A stretch of DNA of 63,922 bases, counting the filler, from Chrysochromulina tobinii (lineage: Eukaryota), in the NCBI GenBank assembly GCA_001275005.1. It is 7 parts of 7 records of this genome, joined end to end, with 100 filler letters (N's around TTAATTAATTAA, not from the genome) between each part and the next. Parts side by side here need not be neighbours in the genome. Positions count along the whole stretch, not along the records: positions 30,357 to 48,486 come from JWZX01000791.1; positions 48,587 to 51,222 come from JWZX01000792.1; positions 51,323 to 60,111 come from JWZX01000793.1; 4 more parts are not named here. One strand, given 5' to 3'. The position numbers and the translations under genes are program-made. Position 1 is the stretch's first letter, and each line of letters opens with the position of its first letter. The notes under the pieces were generated by a model that was not told the DNA's origin, searched no databases, and was given only the letters and a program-made list of their open reading frames with translations. Below, in pieces: positions 40,469-52,057 of the stretch.

Positions 40469-43400
40469 TCACGGTCTTTGCAGACACTCGCGAATTTCGT
40501 CACCATGTGTTTCCACCATGTGTTGTATGATGAGGCTGGCGGTTGGTCGGTGAAGAGACTCGTCCTCAGATTTCAGTCCATCGCTGCACAGATTTACCAT
40601 GAGTTTTGAGTGACGAGCGGGCCGATGCTCACACAGTCGGCTCATGAACCCCTTCCACCTGTCGACGAGCGGCTTGTCCTCTGGATACCAATCTACGATG
40701 ATGGCGCTAGCGTCAAAGGCACCTGCTGCAAGCACCGCATCCGCACCGGGCCCGCTGTCTGCGAGTGCGCCGAGCAGCTTCAGGCTGGTGCGCAGCTGCG
40801 AGAAAACCAAGCTGAGCACCATCGTTTGCTGGGCAGAGGCCTGTCCGTCGCCGTCACTGCCATCTTCCTGTGGGCCAAACGCACGCTCCACTGTGCGCGA
40901 GATGAGTGAGGTGAAGCGACGCACTGACATGTCGGCAAGCCGAGTGAGGCTGGTTGGTAGCGTATCCGCAAAGGCGTTGCTCGAGGAAACGAGGAAACGG
41001 ACTACAATCGCTACGCCGTCCGCTGCGCACAACGCCTGCGCGCCGTCAGGATGGACGTCGCTCGCCTCGTCGAAGACGAAGCTGTAGATTGCGGGAAGAA
41101 CCGTGGTAGCCAGATCGATAGCCAGACAGGATTCGCAATCGATGGACTTGTCAGCATTGGGTCCGTCGCCACCAGAAAAGGCAGCGTCTCGCTCTCCATC
41201 TAGATGCTTGATGTGTTCGTGCAAGCGCGCACAGAGCACATGTGGCAGCCGCGATTGGCATACCGTTTGCGGGGGGAGCTTGCTGATGAGCATGCAGATG
41301 GATGTAAGGCACTCCCCCACGTGCCAGTTGGCCACCTGGAGCTTGATTTTCATAGCATGCACCTCCAGGCACATGCTCAGCACAGCTGCAACAGGGAGGC
41401 GAGCAAGGGAGGCACGCTCCGTTTGAGCGCTCAAGCCATTGCTTGCTCGACGGAAGAGCACCCCACACGCCTGTGTGCAGAAGCGAATGCAGCGCGGCCC
41501 GTGGCCAGCCAGCAGCGTCACTAGGCTTACGAGCTCGTTCTGGGCCTCGAGCTCGCTCTTGGACGGGGACGGATAGCACGGCGCCTCGATGGTCAGCCGC
41601 TCAGCGAGTAGGGCAACACGCGCTCCCGAAGGGAGCATGTGCACCGGCCATCGGCCATTTGCTGTGCGCGGCTCTACCACAACGCCGCACAAGCCGTTCA
41701 GCTCAGGGCGGCCGTTCAAGCCCTTGACGCGCACCAAAGCGCCCACACGGAGCTCCTCTGCGGTAGGAGCCCCGACAGGTGCGAGGGGCTTGAACGGCGG
41801 CGCAGATGGCGTACACCCTATGCCCTCACTCTCCTTCTTGATCTTGTTCTCGAGGAAATCCTTGTAGGCGATCGACTTCTCGAGCAGCTTTTCGAGGCGC
41901 GCAACCTTATCTTTAGCGCTCAGGCCCTTGAGGCTGTCCAGTTCCTTGGCTTTTTCCTTCTCGGCCTGGGCGAACGGCGGCGCAGATGGCGTACACCCTG
42001 TGTTCGTGGAGGAGAGTGCGGGCGTGGATGGAGCAGAAAAGATGCCAGGCTGACCGAACGAAGACGCCGTTGGGCACGCCGCTGGCTTGGAGGGGGCGGA
42101 GCCGACGGTGAAGATGCCAGGCTGACCGAACGAAGACGCCGTTGGGCACGCCGCTGGCTTGGAGGGTGCGGAGCCGACGGTGAAGATGCCAGGCTGACCG
42201 AACGAAGACGCCGTTGGGCACGCTGTTGGCTTGAAGGGTGCAGAGCCGATGGTGAAGATGCCAGGCTGACCGAACGAAGACGACGTTGGGCACGCCGCTG
42301 GCTTGGAGGGTGCGGAGCCGACGGTGAAGATGCCAGGCTGACCGAACGAAGACGATGTTGGGCACGCTGTTGGCTTGGAGGGTGCGGAGCCAAGCACGGC
42401 GGGGGAGTTCTCGCTCTGCAGTTGGAACGCTGCCTCATTAAAGTCGGAGACGAGCGGCAACATGGGCAGCGGCGACGGCGGGCTATGGGCGCGACGAGTC
42501 TGCTCCCTAGTGCGCACATCCTCCATGGTGGCGGCAACAGGCTCAACGAGCTTCACTTCGTCCAGACGCCTGGCGGCGTCGCACTTCTTGCACCGGCGAA
42601 GACGCGCGCCTTTAGCAAGCTCCGCGGGCGAGAACTCGGCTCGCTTGTGTGCGGCTTGGCAGCCCAAGCAGGTAAGCAGCTGCTGATGTGGCTTCGAAGT
42701 GGGAGGCGCAGCAGAGCTCTCTCGCCGGGGGGGCACTGCGTGGCTCGTGCCCTGTGCTGGGCGCTGTGCTGGGCGCCGAGAGCTTGGTGGCACATAGTCA
42801 GGCAGCGTTTCCGTTTGGTTGATGGCATGCATGATCTCTTGGATGTCTGTGCCAGCCGCCGCGTTGATATCTGACGGGACGCATTTCTCGCCGCGATCGT
42901 ACCTTGCAAGGAGCTCGTCCTCGCTCATCGGGTCAATTGACAGCAAAGTGCTCAGGAACTCACCGCCAGGCTTCTGCAGACTCGGGAACGCTCGCATCGC
43001 CGCAACCACGGCCTCTAGAGCGCCTGCAGTACGAACCGCGTTGAAACCAACGCCTGAGCGCAATGGCGGGGGATGGAGCGGCCCGCCGGCCGAACCGCTA
43101 TCTACCCTATGCAGCGCGTCCGCTCCATGCAGCGCCATGAGCAGGAGCGGTGCAATGGCTAGCCCAGCAAGCTCCTCGTCCTCCGGAGCGCGCCGCAGCG
43201 CTGCCCGTGAGATCGCGGCCACACACAGATTCTCGGCACTGAGAGCAAGCGCGGTGCCAGCATCCGCGCCAGCACTGCGGTCGTCGCAACATATCATCAG
43301 GGCTCGCATGGCAAGCATTGGCAATGGGCAATCACCATCAGCGGAGTGATCTCTCCAGTCGAGTTGCTGTGCCAGTCGGAGGCTCTGCACAACTGCGCGT

Positions 43401-44599
43401 GGGGCGCCAGCATTCGTGACGCACGGGAGCAACTCGCACAGCCCGAGCAAAACAATGAGGTGACATGCGCTCGCCTGAATGAGAGGGTCAGTCTTGAAGG
43501 CAGTCATGATGTCGACGAGAGCCGGACCAAAGCCACGGTGGGAGGCGAACGCGCTGAACGCCGCCCGCTCTTGGGGGCCGTACCCGCTCGAGGCATCATC
43601 GCAGCTGGAGGCATCATCGCAGCAGATGTCATGGATCGCCTTCATCGCGTGCATCGCGACCTCGGTGCTCGCCGGCCCAAACTGGATGAGAATGCGCGCC
43701 ACCGATGGTACCGACAGCTCGGAGAGGGACATGACTTCGGGCTTGGTGGGAAGATACCAGCCACACGTCTCCTTATGCCCACGTTCGCTCCATGCGATCT
43801 TTTGATGCGACGCGCAGCAATAGCTGGTGATCCCGCAATGCGAGCACTTGGGCCACGCAGCACCTGAGGGTGGTGCCATGCCGCAGGTGAGGCAGACGCT
43901 AGCCAACTCGGGATATGTGCAATGTGGATCCTGCCGCATCTTGTCAAAGTTCCCTCTCCCGCCAGCTTCGACCTTTCGCAGGTCTTGCAGTAATACGCGG
44001 TCGCCCATTTCGCGGCGTACACTTTCTGGGCACGATGCTGCTGCCTCCGCACACCATAAAGACACGTTGAACACCTTGGGCTGTGCATCGGTTCCTGACA
44101 AACATTGCTGTTGCGCAGCTGCCTCCAATGCCGAGATTTCGGTGGCAGAGATGCACTCTTTGCAGCGACGCGATCTGGCATTCTTTGATAGCTGCACGCG
44201 CGAGAACGCATCTTTCGGCAGCCTCTTCTTGCAGGCGGAGCACAGCGAGCCACCGGTGGCCGTCGGTGGATTTGACCACGTCTCTGTGCTCAGATCATTG
44301 GGTGCCGTCAGCAGATCACCTGATGCCTTCGGATCAATTGGTGCCTTCGTAGCAGCAGATGCAGCCGTGGTGGGACCGTTCTGCAGCGCGGCAAGCAAGC
44401 CACGGTTTGTATTGATCCGAGCGGCTGTCTCAATCTTCTCACGGCACTCGGGACACCTGAAGCTGCCACTGGCTTGTGCACGCAGGAGACGGAGGCAGGC
44501 GTCGCAGAGCTCATGCGCGCCGCTGCACGGGAGTATCTTCGGCTCGTGCTGCGCGCCGTCGTAGGCCTCGAGGCAGACGGGGCACTCGAGTGCGCTCAT
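40469..44599 (-). CDS. Large RING finger, CxxC zinc ribbon, MYND and ARM-like protein with internal 24-aa repeats; intronless
   Basis: CPVCL..PKILPC..HELCDAC..CPECR; CSACK..FSRVQL..CKEC (present twice); CLTCG..CSHCGITSYCCASHQKIAW..HKETC; VGALVRVKGLNGRPELNG SH3-like module. Confidence 0.85.
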   Translation of the reverse strand: MSALECPVCLEAYDGAQHEPKILPCSGAHELCDACLRLLRAQASGSFRCPECREKIETAARINTNRGLLAALQNGPTTAASAATKAPIDPKASGDLLTAPNDLSTETWSNPPTATGGSLCSACKKRLPKDAFSRVQLSKNARSRRCKECISATEISALEAAAQQQCLSGTDAQPKVFNVSLWCAEAAASCPESVRREMGDRVLLQDLRKVEAGGRGNFDKMRQDPHCTYPELASVCLTCGMAPPSGAAWPKCSHCGITSYCCASHQKIAWSERGHKETCGWYLPTKPEVMSLSELSVPSVARILIQFGPASTEVAMHAMKAIHDICCDDASSCDDASSGYGPQERAAFSAFASHRGFGPALVDIMTAFKTDPLIQASACHLIVLLGLCELLPCVTNAGAPRAVVQSLRLAQQLDWRDHSADGDCPLPMLAMRALMICCDDRSAGADAGTALALSAENLCVAAISRAALRRAPEDEELAGLAIAPLLLMALHGADALHRVDSGSAGGPLHPPPLRSGVGFNAVRTAGALEAVVAAMRAFPSLQKPGGEFLSTLLSIDPMSEDELLARYDRGEKCVPSDINAAAGTDIQEIMHAINQTETLPDYVPPSSRRPAQRPAQGTSHAVPPRRESSAAPPTSKPHQQLLTCLGCQAAHKRAEFSPAELAKGARLRRCKKCDAARRLDEVKLVEPVAATMEDVRTREQTRRAHSPPSPLPMLPLVSDFNEAAFQLQSENSPAVLGSAPSKPTACPTSSSFGQPGIFTVGSAPSKPAACPTSSSFGQPGIFTIGSAPFKPTACPTASSFGQPGIFTVGSAPSKPAACPTASSFGQPGIFTVGSAPSKPAACPTASSFGQPGIFSAPSTPALSSTNTGCTPSAPPFAQAEKEKAKELDSLKGLSAKDKVARLEKLLEKSIAYKDFLENKIKKESEGIGCTPSAPPFKPLAPVGAPTAEELRVGALVRVKGLNGRPELNGLCGVVVEPRTANGRWPVHMLPSGARVALLAERLTIEAPCYPSPSKSELEAQNELVSLVTLLAGHGPRCIRFCTQACGVLFRRASNGLSAQTERASLARLPVAAVLSMCLEVHAMKIKLQVANWHVGECLTSICMLISKLPPQTVCQSRLPHVLCARLHEHIKHLDGERDAAFSGGDGPNADKSIDCESCLAIDLATTVLPAIYSFVFDEASDVHPDGAQALCAADGVAIVVRFLVSSSNAFADTLPTSLTRLADMSVRRFTSLISRTVERAFGPQEDGSDGDGQASAQQTMVLSLVFSQLRTSLKLLGALADSGPGADAVLAAGAFDASAIIVDWYPEDKPLVDRWKGFMSRLCEHRPARHSKLMVNLCSDGLKSEDESLHRPTASLIIQHMVETHGDEIRECLQRP
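42039..42391 (-). repeat. Coding 72-bp tandem repeat x5 (GSAPSKPxACPTxSSFGQPGIFTV)
   Basis: Visible in both the DNA and the protein. Confidence 0.95.
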
Positions 44600-44818
44600 G
44601 GCCTCGTGGCGTGCAGCAAAAACACAGCAACTACAAAAACAGTACGCACAGCGCGTGCGTGCGCTGCGCGCGCTGCGCGCTCCTTATGGCGCGAAACCGA
44701 GAGCGATTTCTTTGAAGGAGAGTCTCAAACACCGAATCTGCGAGACGGTGGTGGTCGCCCCAGTGCACGGTTAAGCTTCCGAGCTCCCTCTAACTCGGAA
44801 ATTCACAGTTTTTCACAA

Positions 44819-45708
44819 ATGCCTTTTCGCGCGAGTTTCGTTGACCGCGAAGTCGACCGCAATCGGCACACCTTGTGGATGCAAGAGGACCTCGCGCACA
44901 CGGTCGCGCAAGCCTTTGTGCAATTCGACACCGGGTGCAAAGGCTACCTCACGCGGCACGAGCTGCGCGTCGCGCACGTGGCCGTCCTCGGCCATGCTCC
45001 CTCGCAAGTCGAGCTCGATGCGATGCTGCCCAAGAGGACCGACGGTGCGGCTGCCGCTGACGACGGCCGCTGACGGCTGCCCTCCCACACAGACTCTTGA
45101 CCAGGCACCTGCCCATGTGCCCCCGCACAGGCTTCGAGACGGGAATCGAGCTGCCGCGGTTCTGCGAGCTCATGGACCAGCGGCTCGCGATGCAGGAGCC
45201 CGACGAGGTCACGCGCCGCTCGTTCCGTGCCTTTGACGCGCACGCCAAAGGCTACATCAGCGCGGCAGACTTTGAGCGCGTGATGAACGGGATCGCGCCG
45301 CACCTGCCGCGCGAGACCATCTCCCTCGTCTTCTCCGAGGTCGACACAGATCGTGATGGTGACGGCCCGGCGTGCCGTCGAACCTCTGCCGCATCTCGAC
45401 CGATCTCGACCATCGGCCGCGCACCAATCGCCCCTCTTGCCCGCCCGCCTCGCCGGTCGCTCATACGCACGCGCGGCGCGCTACCCCGGTGCGCAGGTCG
45501 TGTTAGTTACAAGGACTTCCACACGATGATGATGGCCGTGCGCCCGGGCGGCGCTCGACACGGCGCTCGTCCTCCCGCGATGCGCGTACCTCCGCCCGTG
45601 GCCTTCACGCCCCCCCGATCGGCAGGCGGCCATCCCATATTAGGATCGGCCTCCCGAACGGCAGGTGGTCATGCATTCGGCGGCGCGGCGGGTCTGGCGG
45701 CGAGGTAG
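44819..45708 (+). CDS. EF-hand protein (EFCAB11/centrin-like); exons 44819-45044, 45131-45358, 45497-45708
   Basis: FDTGCKGYLTRHEL, FDAHAKGYISAADF, EVDTDRDG|RVSYKDF. Confidence 0.85.
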
Positions 45709-45874
45709 CGTACACACACATGATGATGCAGTCAAATGCAGTCATGCTCACCACGTGTTTTAGAAAATCATTTGAGCCGGTGTACGCTCGGCACTTTCAT
45801 CGATACAGCTCGTCGATACCGGTCCGTCATGATCCGTATAGCGTATACCAGTGACAGGCGGCATTGACAGGCGG

Positions 45875-46522
45875 TCATTTGAGCTCGACCAAATATTCAC
45901 GCATTGGCCGATCGTCGTATCCATTTTTGCCACCGTGCGCGCAGGTGGGATCCGATGGCGCCCCCTCTGGCAGATCGAACCACGAGACATCGCCATCGTC
46001 GTTCACTGAGTCGAACAGGCCTGGCGTGCCGTCGTGATGGCTTCCGAGCAAACGGCCTGGCGCCACGTACACAAAGCAGTAGTCCAGCACATGATGGTGT
46101 GGCTGTCCTAGGTCCCCGGCACCCGGCTCTAAGAAAAAGTCCCACACACGGCAGTACTCGTTCTCAAACAGCAGCGATGTGCCCACGTCCGTGGAGTAGA
46201 GTGCCTCGGCAAGCCGCTGGCGGACCTGAGCCTCAGTCCTCGTCGGAGGCTCTTTGAGCTCCCAGCAGATCTGCCTGTACTCATCATCGCCGGCGTTCTT
46301 GCAGCAGAATGGCTCGCCGCGATCAACCCAGAAGACCGTCTTGTCTGCCACGTCTGCAGGCTCCGCGAAGCCATCGCCCGATCGCTCTTTTACTTGATGC
46401 CGACCGTCATCCACCTGCCAACGGATGGTCGGGAACTCGTGCCGCTCAATGCCACCCGAAGCACCGGCCGCAAGTCGGAAGTCGGATATGCGCACGCGCT
46501 GGTTCTCGAACAGGAGCCTCAT
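45875..46522 (-). CDS. Tandem (bi-)cupin-fold protein
   Basis: Two copies of LLFEN..RV/I..F.L..G...H; HHHVLDYCFVYV and a terminal H..REYLVELK. Confidence 0.7.
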   Translation of the reverse strand: MRLLFENQRVRISDFRLAAGASGGIERHEFPTIRWQVDDGRHQVKERSGDGFAEPADVADKTVFWVDRGEPFCCKNAGDDEYRQICWELKEPPTRTEAQVRQRLAEALYSTDVGTSLLFENEYCRVWDFFLEPGAGDLGQPHHHVLDYCFVYVAPGRLLGSHHDGTPGLFDSVNDDGDVSWFDLPEGAPSDPTCAHGGKNGYDDRPMREYLVELK

Positions 46523-46753
46523 GGCGTGAGCTCCCGACTCGTCCACTCGCTCGCGCTTTATGTTCGCGACGGAACGCTAGCGAGTCAGGAGCGTATAAAG
46601 TCAAGTCAAGTCAAGTCAAGACATGACTCGCCTTGTGTGTATATGATTTTTCTGTGAACACGTTGCACCACTTGGCACGAGAGCGCAATGCCGCCATGGG
46701 CACGTGGCACGCATTACTACTCTCGATTACTACTCCTGTCAGCCATCACAACT

Positions 46754-47749
46754 TCACAACCTCGACCGCGCCGGGGCCGCCCGGTCATGCCACAGCTCCT
46801 CATCCTCATGCAGCCCAAGGCCGTACAAGTCAGAGCACACGCCCCAGTGGGTTCGGCCAGCCAGGTACGTGTAACGCACCGCCGGAGCTCGCCGTGGAGA
46901 TTGCATCTGGACGGGAGATTGCATCTGGGCGGAGTGCAGCGGCCCTGTGGACGCGCAGCCGGTGGCGGCGGCGGCGGCGTCGGCGTCGGCGGTGGTCGGA
47001 GTGGCCGCTGTCGCGGTTGCGGTGGTCGAGGTGGCGGCGGTAGCGGTAGCGGTGGTCGAGGTGGCCGTGGTACCGGTAGCCAGTCGTTGAGCCACTGACT
47101 TCCAATAAGTGGCGCGCGGCGAGTGAACAATGTCGAGGCCGGCGCCGTAGACAAAGAGTCGGCAGCGGCCCTGCGCCGCCAGCTCGAGAACCGCCTCCAC
47201 ATCCACCCCATACTCGGGCGTGTCGACAATGACGCGGAGAGCATCCGCCCATCGCACCGTGTCGGGCAGCAAGGAGCACACGGCGCGTGCAGCGCTTCCC
47301 ACGGGATGGCACGGCATGAAGGGCGGCTCGGGCAGCCCGGCGGGTGTGACGAGTACGAGTCGCGAGACGCGGTCCGGGTGCGCCTGCGCGTACCGGTAGC
47401 ATACCGCCGCTCCGAGGCTGCAGCCTCCAAGGACCAGCGGCGCTCCGCGATCCCAGCCGATGGCCGCCACACGGTCTTCGACGAGCTGCGTCCAGCCTGC
47501 GGGCGACATGGCCGCCGAGGACGGCGCGTGAGTCAGTCCGTGCCCGTAAAAGTCGAGAAGCAGCACTGAGTGGCCGTACAAGTCGCGCAAGGCGAGCGCC
47601 GTCGGCAGCCACGCCGTGTGGCTCTGCAGCCAGCCGTGGAGGAGCACGATGCGCGAGCGTGGGCGCACCGGGCGTGTCGGGTTCACGTCCGCGCCGTGCA
47701 GCAGCAGCCACGCCGGTCGCGTCGCGGCGGGCCGCGGCGTCGATCGCAT
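46754..47749 (-). CDS. Alpha/beta hydrolase with a Thr/Ala-rich insert (possible in-frame intron 46888-47073)
   Basis: VLLHGWLQS, DFYGHG, GCSLG nucleophile elbow, GLDIVH, GRTHW. Confidence 0.8.
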   Translation of the reverse strand: MRSTPRPAATRPAWLLLHGADVNPTRPVRPRSRIVLLHGWLQSHTAWLPTALALRDLYGHSVLLLDFYGHGLTHAPSSAAMSPAGWTQLVEDRVAAIGWDRGAPLVLGGCSLGAAVCYRYAQAHPDRVSRLVLVTPAGLPEPPFMPCHPVGSAARAVCSLLPDTVRWADALRVIVDTPEYGVDVEAVLELAAQGRCRLFVYGAGLDIVHSPRATYWKSVAQRLATGTTATSTTATATAATSTTATATAATPTTADADAAAAATGCASTGPLHSAQMQSPVQMQSPRRAPAVRYTYLAGRTHWGVCSDLYGLGLHEDEELWHDRAAPARSRL

Positions 47750-47937
47750 GGGCCCAGAGAATGAATTGTTGGACTTGTCTACGTGAATGAATATGGCTAA
47801 ACGAAAGAGGCGGCCGATGCGCCAGACGCCCCATTTCCGCTGCCCTCTCCCGCGCTTCTCTCCTGCCTGCTTCGCCCGAATTCTGACACTATTTTGACAC
47901 GTGTCTTGCCTTCTTCCAGCTTCGGCGCCACGTCAAC

Positions 47938-48486
47938 ATGATGCAGGCCTCGTCCCGTTGGTCGCTTCTCTTGGTGCTGCTCGTCAGCTGCACGCGCTGG
48001 GCGACCGCCCAGTTTTTCCAATTCCAGCAGGGGGGCATCAATCTCGAGGATCTGATGGGCGGCGGTGGCTTCGGCGGCTTTGGCGGCGGCGGCGGCGGCG
48101 GTGGCTACGAGGAGCTGCCACAGCAGGAGGAGGAGGAGGAGGTGCGCTGGCCACAGCGCAGCCATCGCGCGGCTGCCGACGGCGGCTTTGCTCGTCCAGC
48201 CCAGCCCATGCGCACTGACCCGCTCTCGCCCCGCACGCGCAGGTCGACTTGTATGAGCGGATAGGCCTGCAGCCCGAGGCGAGCGACAGCGAGATCAAGA
48301 AGGCCTACCGCAAGCTGTCGGTGCAGTACCATCCCGACAAGAACAAGGGGAACGCGGAGGCGGAGCAAAAGTTCCGTGAGATCACCGAGGCATACGAGAT
48401 CCTGGGTGACAAGGAGAAGCGCGTCATCTACGACTCGAGCGGCATCGGCGCCGTGCGTAAGATGGTGCGCCGCCGCCGCCGCCGCC
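47938..48486 (+). CDS. ER-type DnaJ protein, 3' truncated; intron 48142-48242
   Basis: Signal peptide; [37 protein letters not shown]. Confidence 0.9.
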
Positions 48487-48586
48487 NNNNNNNNNNNNNN
48501 NNNNNNNNNNNNNNNNNNNNNNNNNNNNNNTTAATTAATTAANNNNNNNNNNNNNNNNNNNNNNNNNNNNNNNNNNNNNNNNNNNN
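48487..48586. other. Artificial contig linker
   Basis: N44-TTAATTAATTAA-N44. Confidence 0.99.
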
Positions 48587-50856
48587 GCGGCGAGGGCGCC
48601 CTCCTCGGCGAGTCGCAAAAGGGCGTGTGCGGCCTGGCGTCCGCCAAGGACGCTCGGTATGCGCAGCTGCTAGATGAGGCGTTGGAGCGCTTCGAGCGCA
48701 CAAGGGCAAAGGGGCAGGCCGGCGAGGGTGGCGTGGGAGGCGGCGGTGACTCCGACGACGGCGACGACAGTGATGACGAGAGCTCCGCTAGCGAGGGCGA
48801 AGAACAGGGCGGGGAGTCCATCCGTCTCCAGAAGGAGGCCCGGCGTAACGCGCGCCTCGCCGGCCTCCGCGGCTACCGGCGCAGCCTGCGCGCCGTCGCA
48901 GAGCAGGCGGTGAGCGGCCTGCCGCTCGCCCAGTGCCACGGGAGCGCGGCCTCGCTCCGGCGGGCGGGCGACGATGCGGGCGCCCGGAGCTCGCTCATGC
49001 TGCCCCTGCACGACAAGGCGGAGGTGTCGCCAATCTCCGCCGTGCCGTGGGCGGTCACGCTGTGGCGCGATCAGCCCGAGCGGGTGCTGGTGGCGGCAAC
49101 GGCGCACCTGCACAGGTGGGTCGTGCGCGATGGAGTGAGCAAGGAGGGGCACGTGGCGGCGTTCGCCACGCGGGGCGAGGGCGCGCAGGCGGCCGCGTTC
49201 GATCGCCGCCATCGCGCGCTGCAGCCGCTGTTCGCCCAGCTGCGCGCGCGCGGCTTGGAGATCAGCGTGATCTCGGGCGTCGGCTATCCGACGCCCGTCT
49301 TCACGCTGGAGGAGGTGGAGGCGCTCGCCTCGGCCCTCTCGCGCGTAGTAGAGAGCGACGATGCTGCGGGTGTCAGCAAGAGTGAGCGCGCGCGCCGCGT
49401 CTGGCTCGACGCGACGCGCGTGTACCCTTGCTTTCGCCCGCACGCCGATGCCCACTACTACCCGCAAGAGGGCTGCACCGTTGCGGTGCAGATGCGGCCA
49501 CCAGGGGGTGAGGGCGGCGTTCCGGAGCACGCGGGCGCGGACGAGGAGGTGGAGGAGGAGGAGGAGGAGGAGGAGGACGAGGACGAGGACGAGGACGAGG
49601 ATGGGCCAGAGGATGGGCCGGCAGCATTCGGCGAGACCGAGGGCGGCGACGGCGGCGGCGGGGGGACGCGCATGCAGGCTGCGCTAGGCAGCGTGGCCGC
49701 CAGCCTGGCGACCTTGAAGGCGTGGGACCCATCGTTCGCGCCGCCGGCGACGGGGCCAATCACCTTTGGGCGCGCGCGTGGGCTGGGGCTGGGCGGGCTC
49801 AGAGCTCCACCGGGCGGGCTCCAGCACGAGGAGCACGTCGGGCCGCCGCCGGCATCAGGCGGCCGCAGCGGATGGGTTCTCGACACCGCGTGCCAGCTCC
49901 CCACGCCCGATGGGCGCATGCTGTTGCACATGCGCCCGCCACCACCGGGCGGCGAGCCGCTGGGGCGCCTCCCGCGGCTGTGCTCGCGCCGCCGCCGCCG
50001 CCGCAGCATCACCTGGCGCTTGCCGGACGGACTGAGGGTCCGGTTCAGCGTGCGGAGCGAGCTGAGCTTCGTAGTCTGGGCGTACCCGGCCCAGCTCGCT
50101 GCCCAGCTGCCCGCTGAGCCCCTGCACCCCGACTACCTGAGCCCAGCGGCGCTCGTGGCTCGCAGCCGCGTCCTCACGTCCGCCGCCGTGGTCGGCGATG
50201 TCCTGCAGGGGGCGTGGGGCGGCCGGCCGTTTGAGGCGGTGCAGTTCGACGCGAGGACCATCGCCCTCTGGCCGGCCAAGCCGCGAGCAGGGCCGCGGCC
50301 CGCCTTTGTTCCCCTGCCCGCCTGGCTCAGCGCGCCGCGCGAGCTGGCGCTCGACGCTGGCGTCCTGCCGCCCCGCGTGCAGCTGCGGCGCTCGCCTCCC
50401 CTGCCTACAGCTCCCGTCGTGGAGGCGGCGGAGATGGAGGCAGCCGAGCCCGAGGAGGGCGCGGGCGCAGCGAGGCAGCGCACGGATGAGGAGGTGGCGA
50501 GAGCCGTGGGCAGCGAGGAGGAGGGCATGGAGGTGACGCCCTCTACAGCAGCGACAGCAGCAGTGGCGGCGGCGGCGGCGGGATCGGAACGTCAGACGCG
50601 CAATCTTCCCAATCGCAAGCGTAAGAAGACTGCGGCAGCGCTCACAGCTGACGAGGCCAGGGCTGTCGCGGTAGCCGAGGGACTTGAGTTGGTGCCCTCT
50701 TCGAATGAGACGGGCTACATGGGTGTGCGCAGGCAACATGGCAGGTACCATTCGAGGGGATCAAGAGAGGAGGGCACCATGCACTACCTCGGCAGCTTCG
50801 CGACGGCGGAGGAGGCGGCCTTGAGCTATCAGAGGAACAAAAAAGGAAGAGGCTAG
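48587..50856 (+). CDS. 5'-truncated protein with a C-terminal AP2 DNA-binding domain
   Basis: AEGLELVPSSNETGYMGVRRQHGRY..YLGSFATAEEAALSY. Confidence 0.7.
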
Positions 50857-51222
50857 TGTGTAGACGGCATGTAGACGGGTGAGTTGAGTGTGCGAGTGAT
50901 CCTGTTTGGTCTAAGCACCAGTGCTGGCCGAGGCCGTCCCGGTTCCGGACTCCCCCACCCCCTGGGGCTTTCAACCACGACGGTGCCCTGCGAGGTCGCG
51001 GCTTCGGCTCGTCCGCGGGGGATCTTTACTGGTCGGTCTCCCTCAATTGGCCTCCCTCTCGTAGGCCATTATAAAACTTATTTGTCCAAGACACCACCGC
51101 ACGCCCGACCACGACCTCACGCAGGCATGATACATTACATAGCAGATACTCTCTGTGGCGGTGGCAGCGAGGGCGGCGGCGGCGATGGTGGTGGCGGCGG
51201 CGTGGGCGCGGTGGTGGTGACC

Positions 51223-51322
51223 NNNNNNNNNNNNNNNNNNNNNNNNNNNNNNNNNNNNNNNNNNNNTTAATTAATTAANNNNNNNNNNNNNNNNNNNNNN
51301 NNNNNNNNNNNNNNNNNNNNNN
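51223..51322. other. Artificial contig linker
   Basis: N44-TTAATTAATTAA-N44. Confidence 0.99.
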
Positions 51323-51325
51323 GCC

Positions 51326-51392
<67 letters not shown>

Positions 51393-52014
51393 TCACCGCC
51401 GCCACGGTACCACTTCGAGTTCGGATCGCATTCAGGGTCGTAGAAGCGCGAATTCTTGTCGGCGCGGGGGTCGTAATGGACGGAGGTCTTGTCGGCGAGC
51501 AGGTTGAACGCGGGCGCGCGCCGACCGCCGCTGCCGGAGCCGCGACCGAAAGTTGCTTCAGCGGGCAGCGGTGGTGGGTGGGGCGCACCGACCCCTCCGG
51601 GAGGCTGCCAGCCGGTGCGCACGGGCGGGGGCGCGCCCGCGTCGTTCCAGCTGTAGGCGAAAGGATGCTGTTGCGCCTTGGTTCTCTCGGAAGGCGGCGG
51701 CTCACGTGGGGACACCATGTTTAGGCGGCCATGGCCGGCGCCGTACACCGAGCCGACGGCCGCACGTGACGAGAAGCCTCCCCCTGCCGGTAAGCCTCCT
51801 GCGCCGCCGCCTCCCCCGCCGCCGCCCGCGCCGCGGAGCAGGGCCTCGATCTCACGCTCCTCCTGCCGAATGCGAGCGAGCTCCCTCTCTTGCAGCTGCA
51901 GCTCCGCCATCACTTCGCGCAGCATCGCGTCTTCCTCTGCACTCACGACACTCGGGCGCGCACTCGGTGCGGAATTCTGCTCGGCCGACTCTGAGTGGCG
52001 CTGGCGCGCCGTGC

Positions 52015-52057
<43 letters not shown>

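Noticed and set aside
42039..42391. FG-containing repeats as a nucleoporin signature
   Set aside because: A recent near-identical 72-bp expansion with one FG per unit in a RING/MYND protein; no other nucleoporin features.
41639..42874. Long antisense and alternative-frame ORFs, here and throughout the window
   Set aside because: Expected shadows of high-GC coding sequence and repeats; no recognisable motifs.
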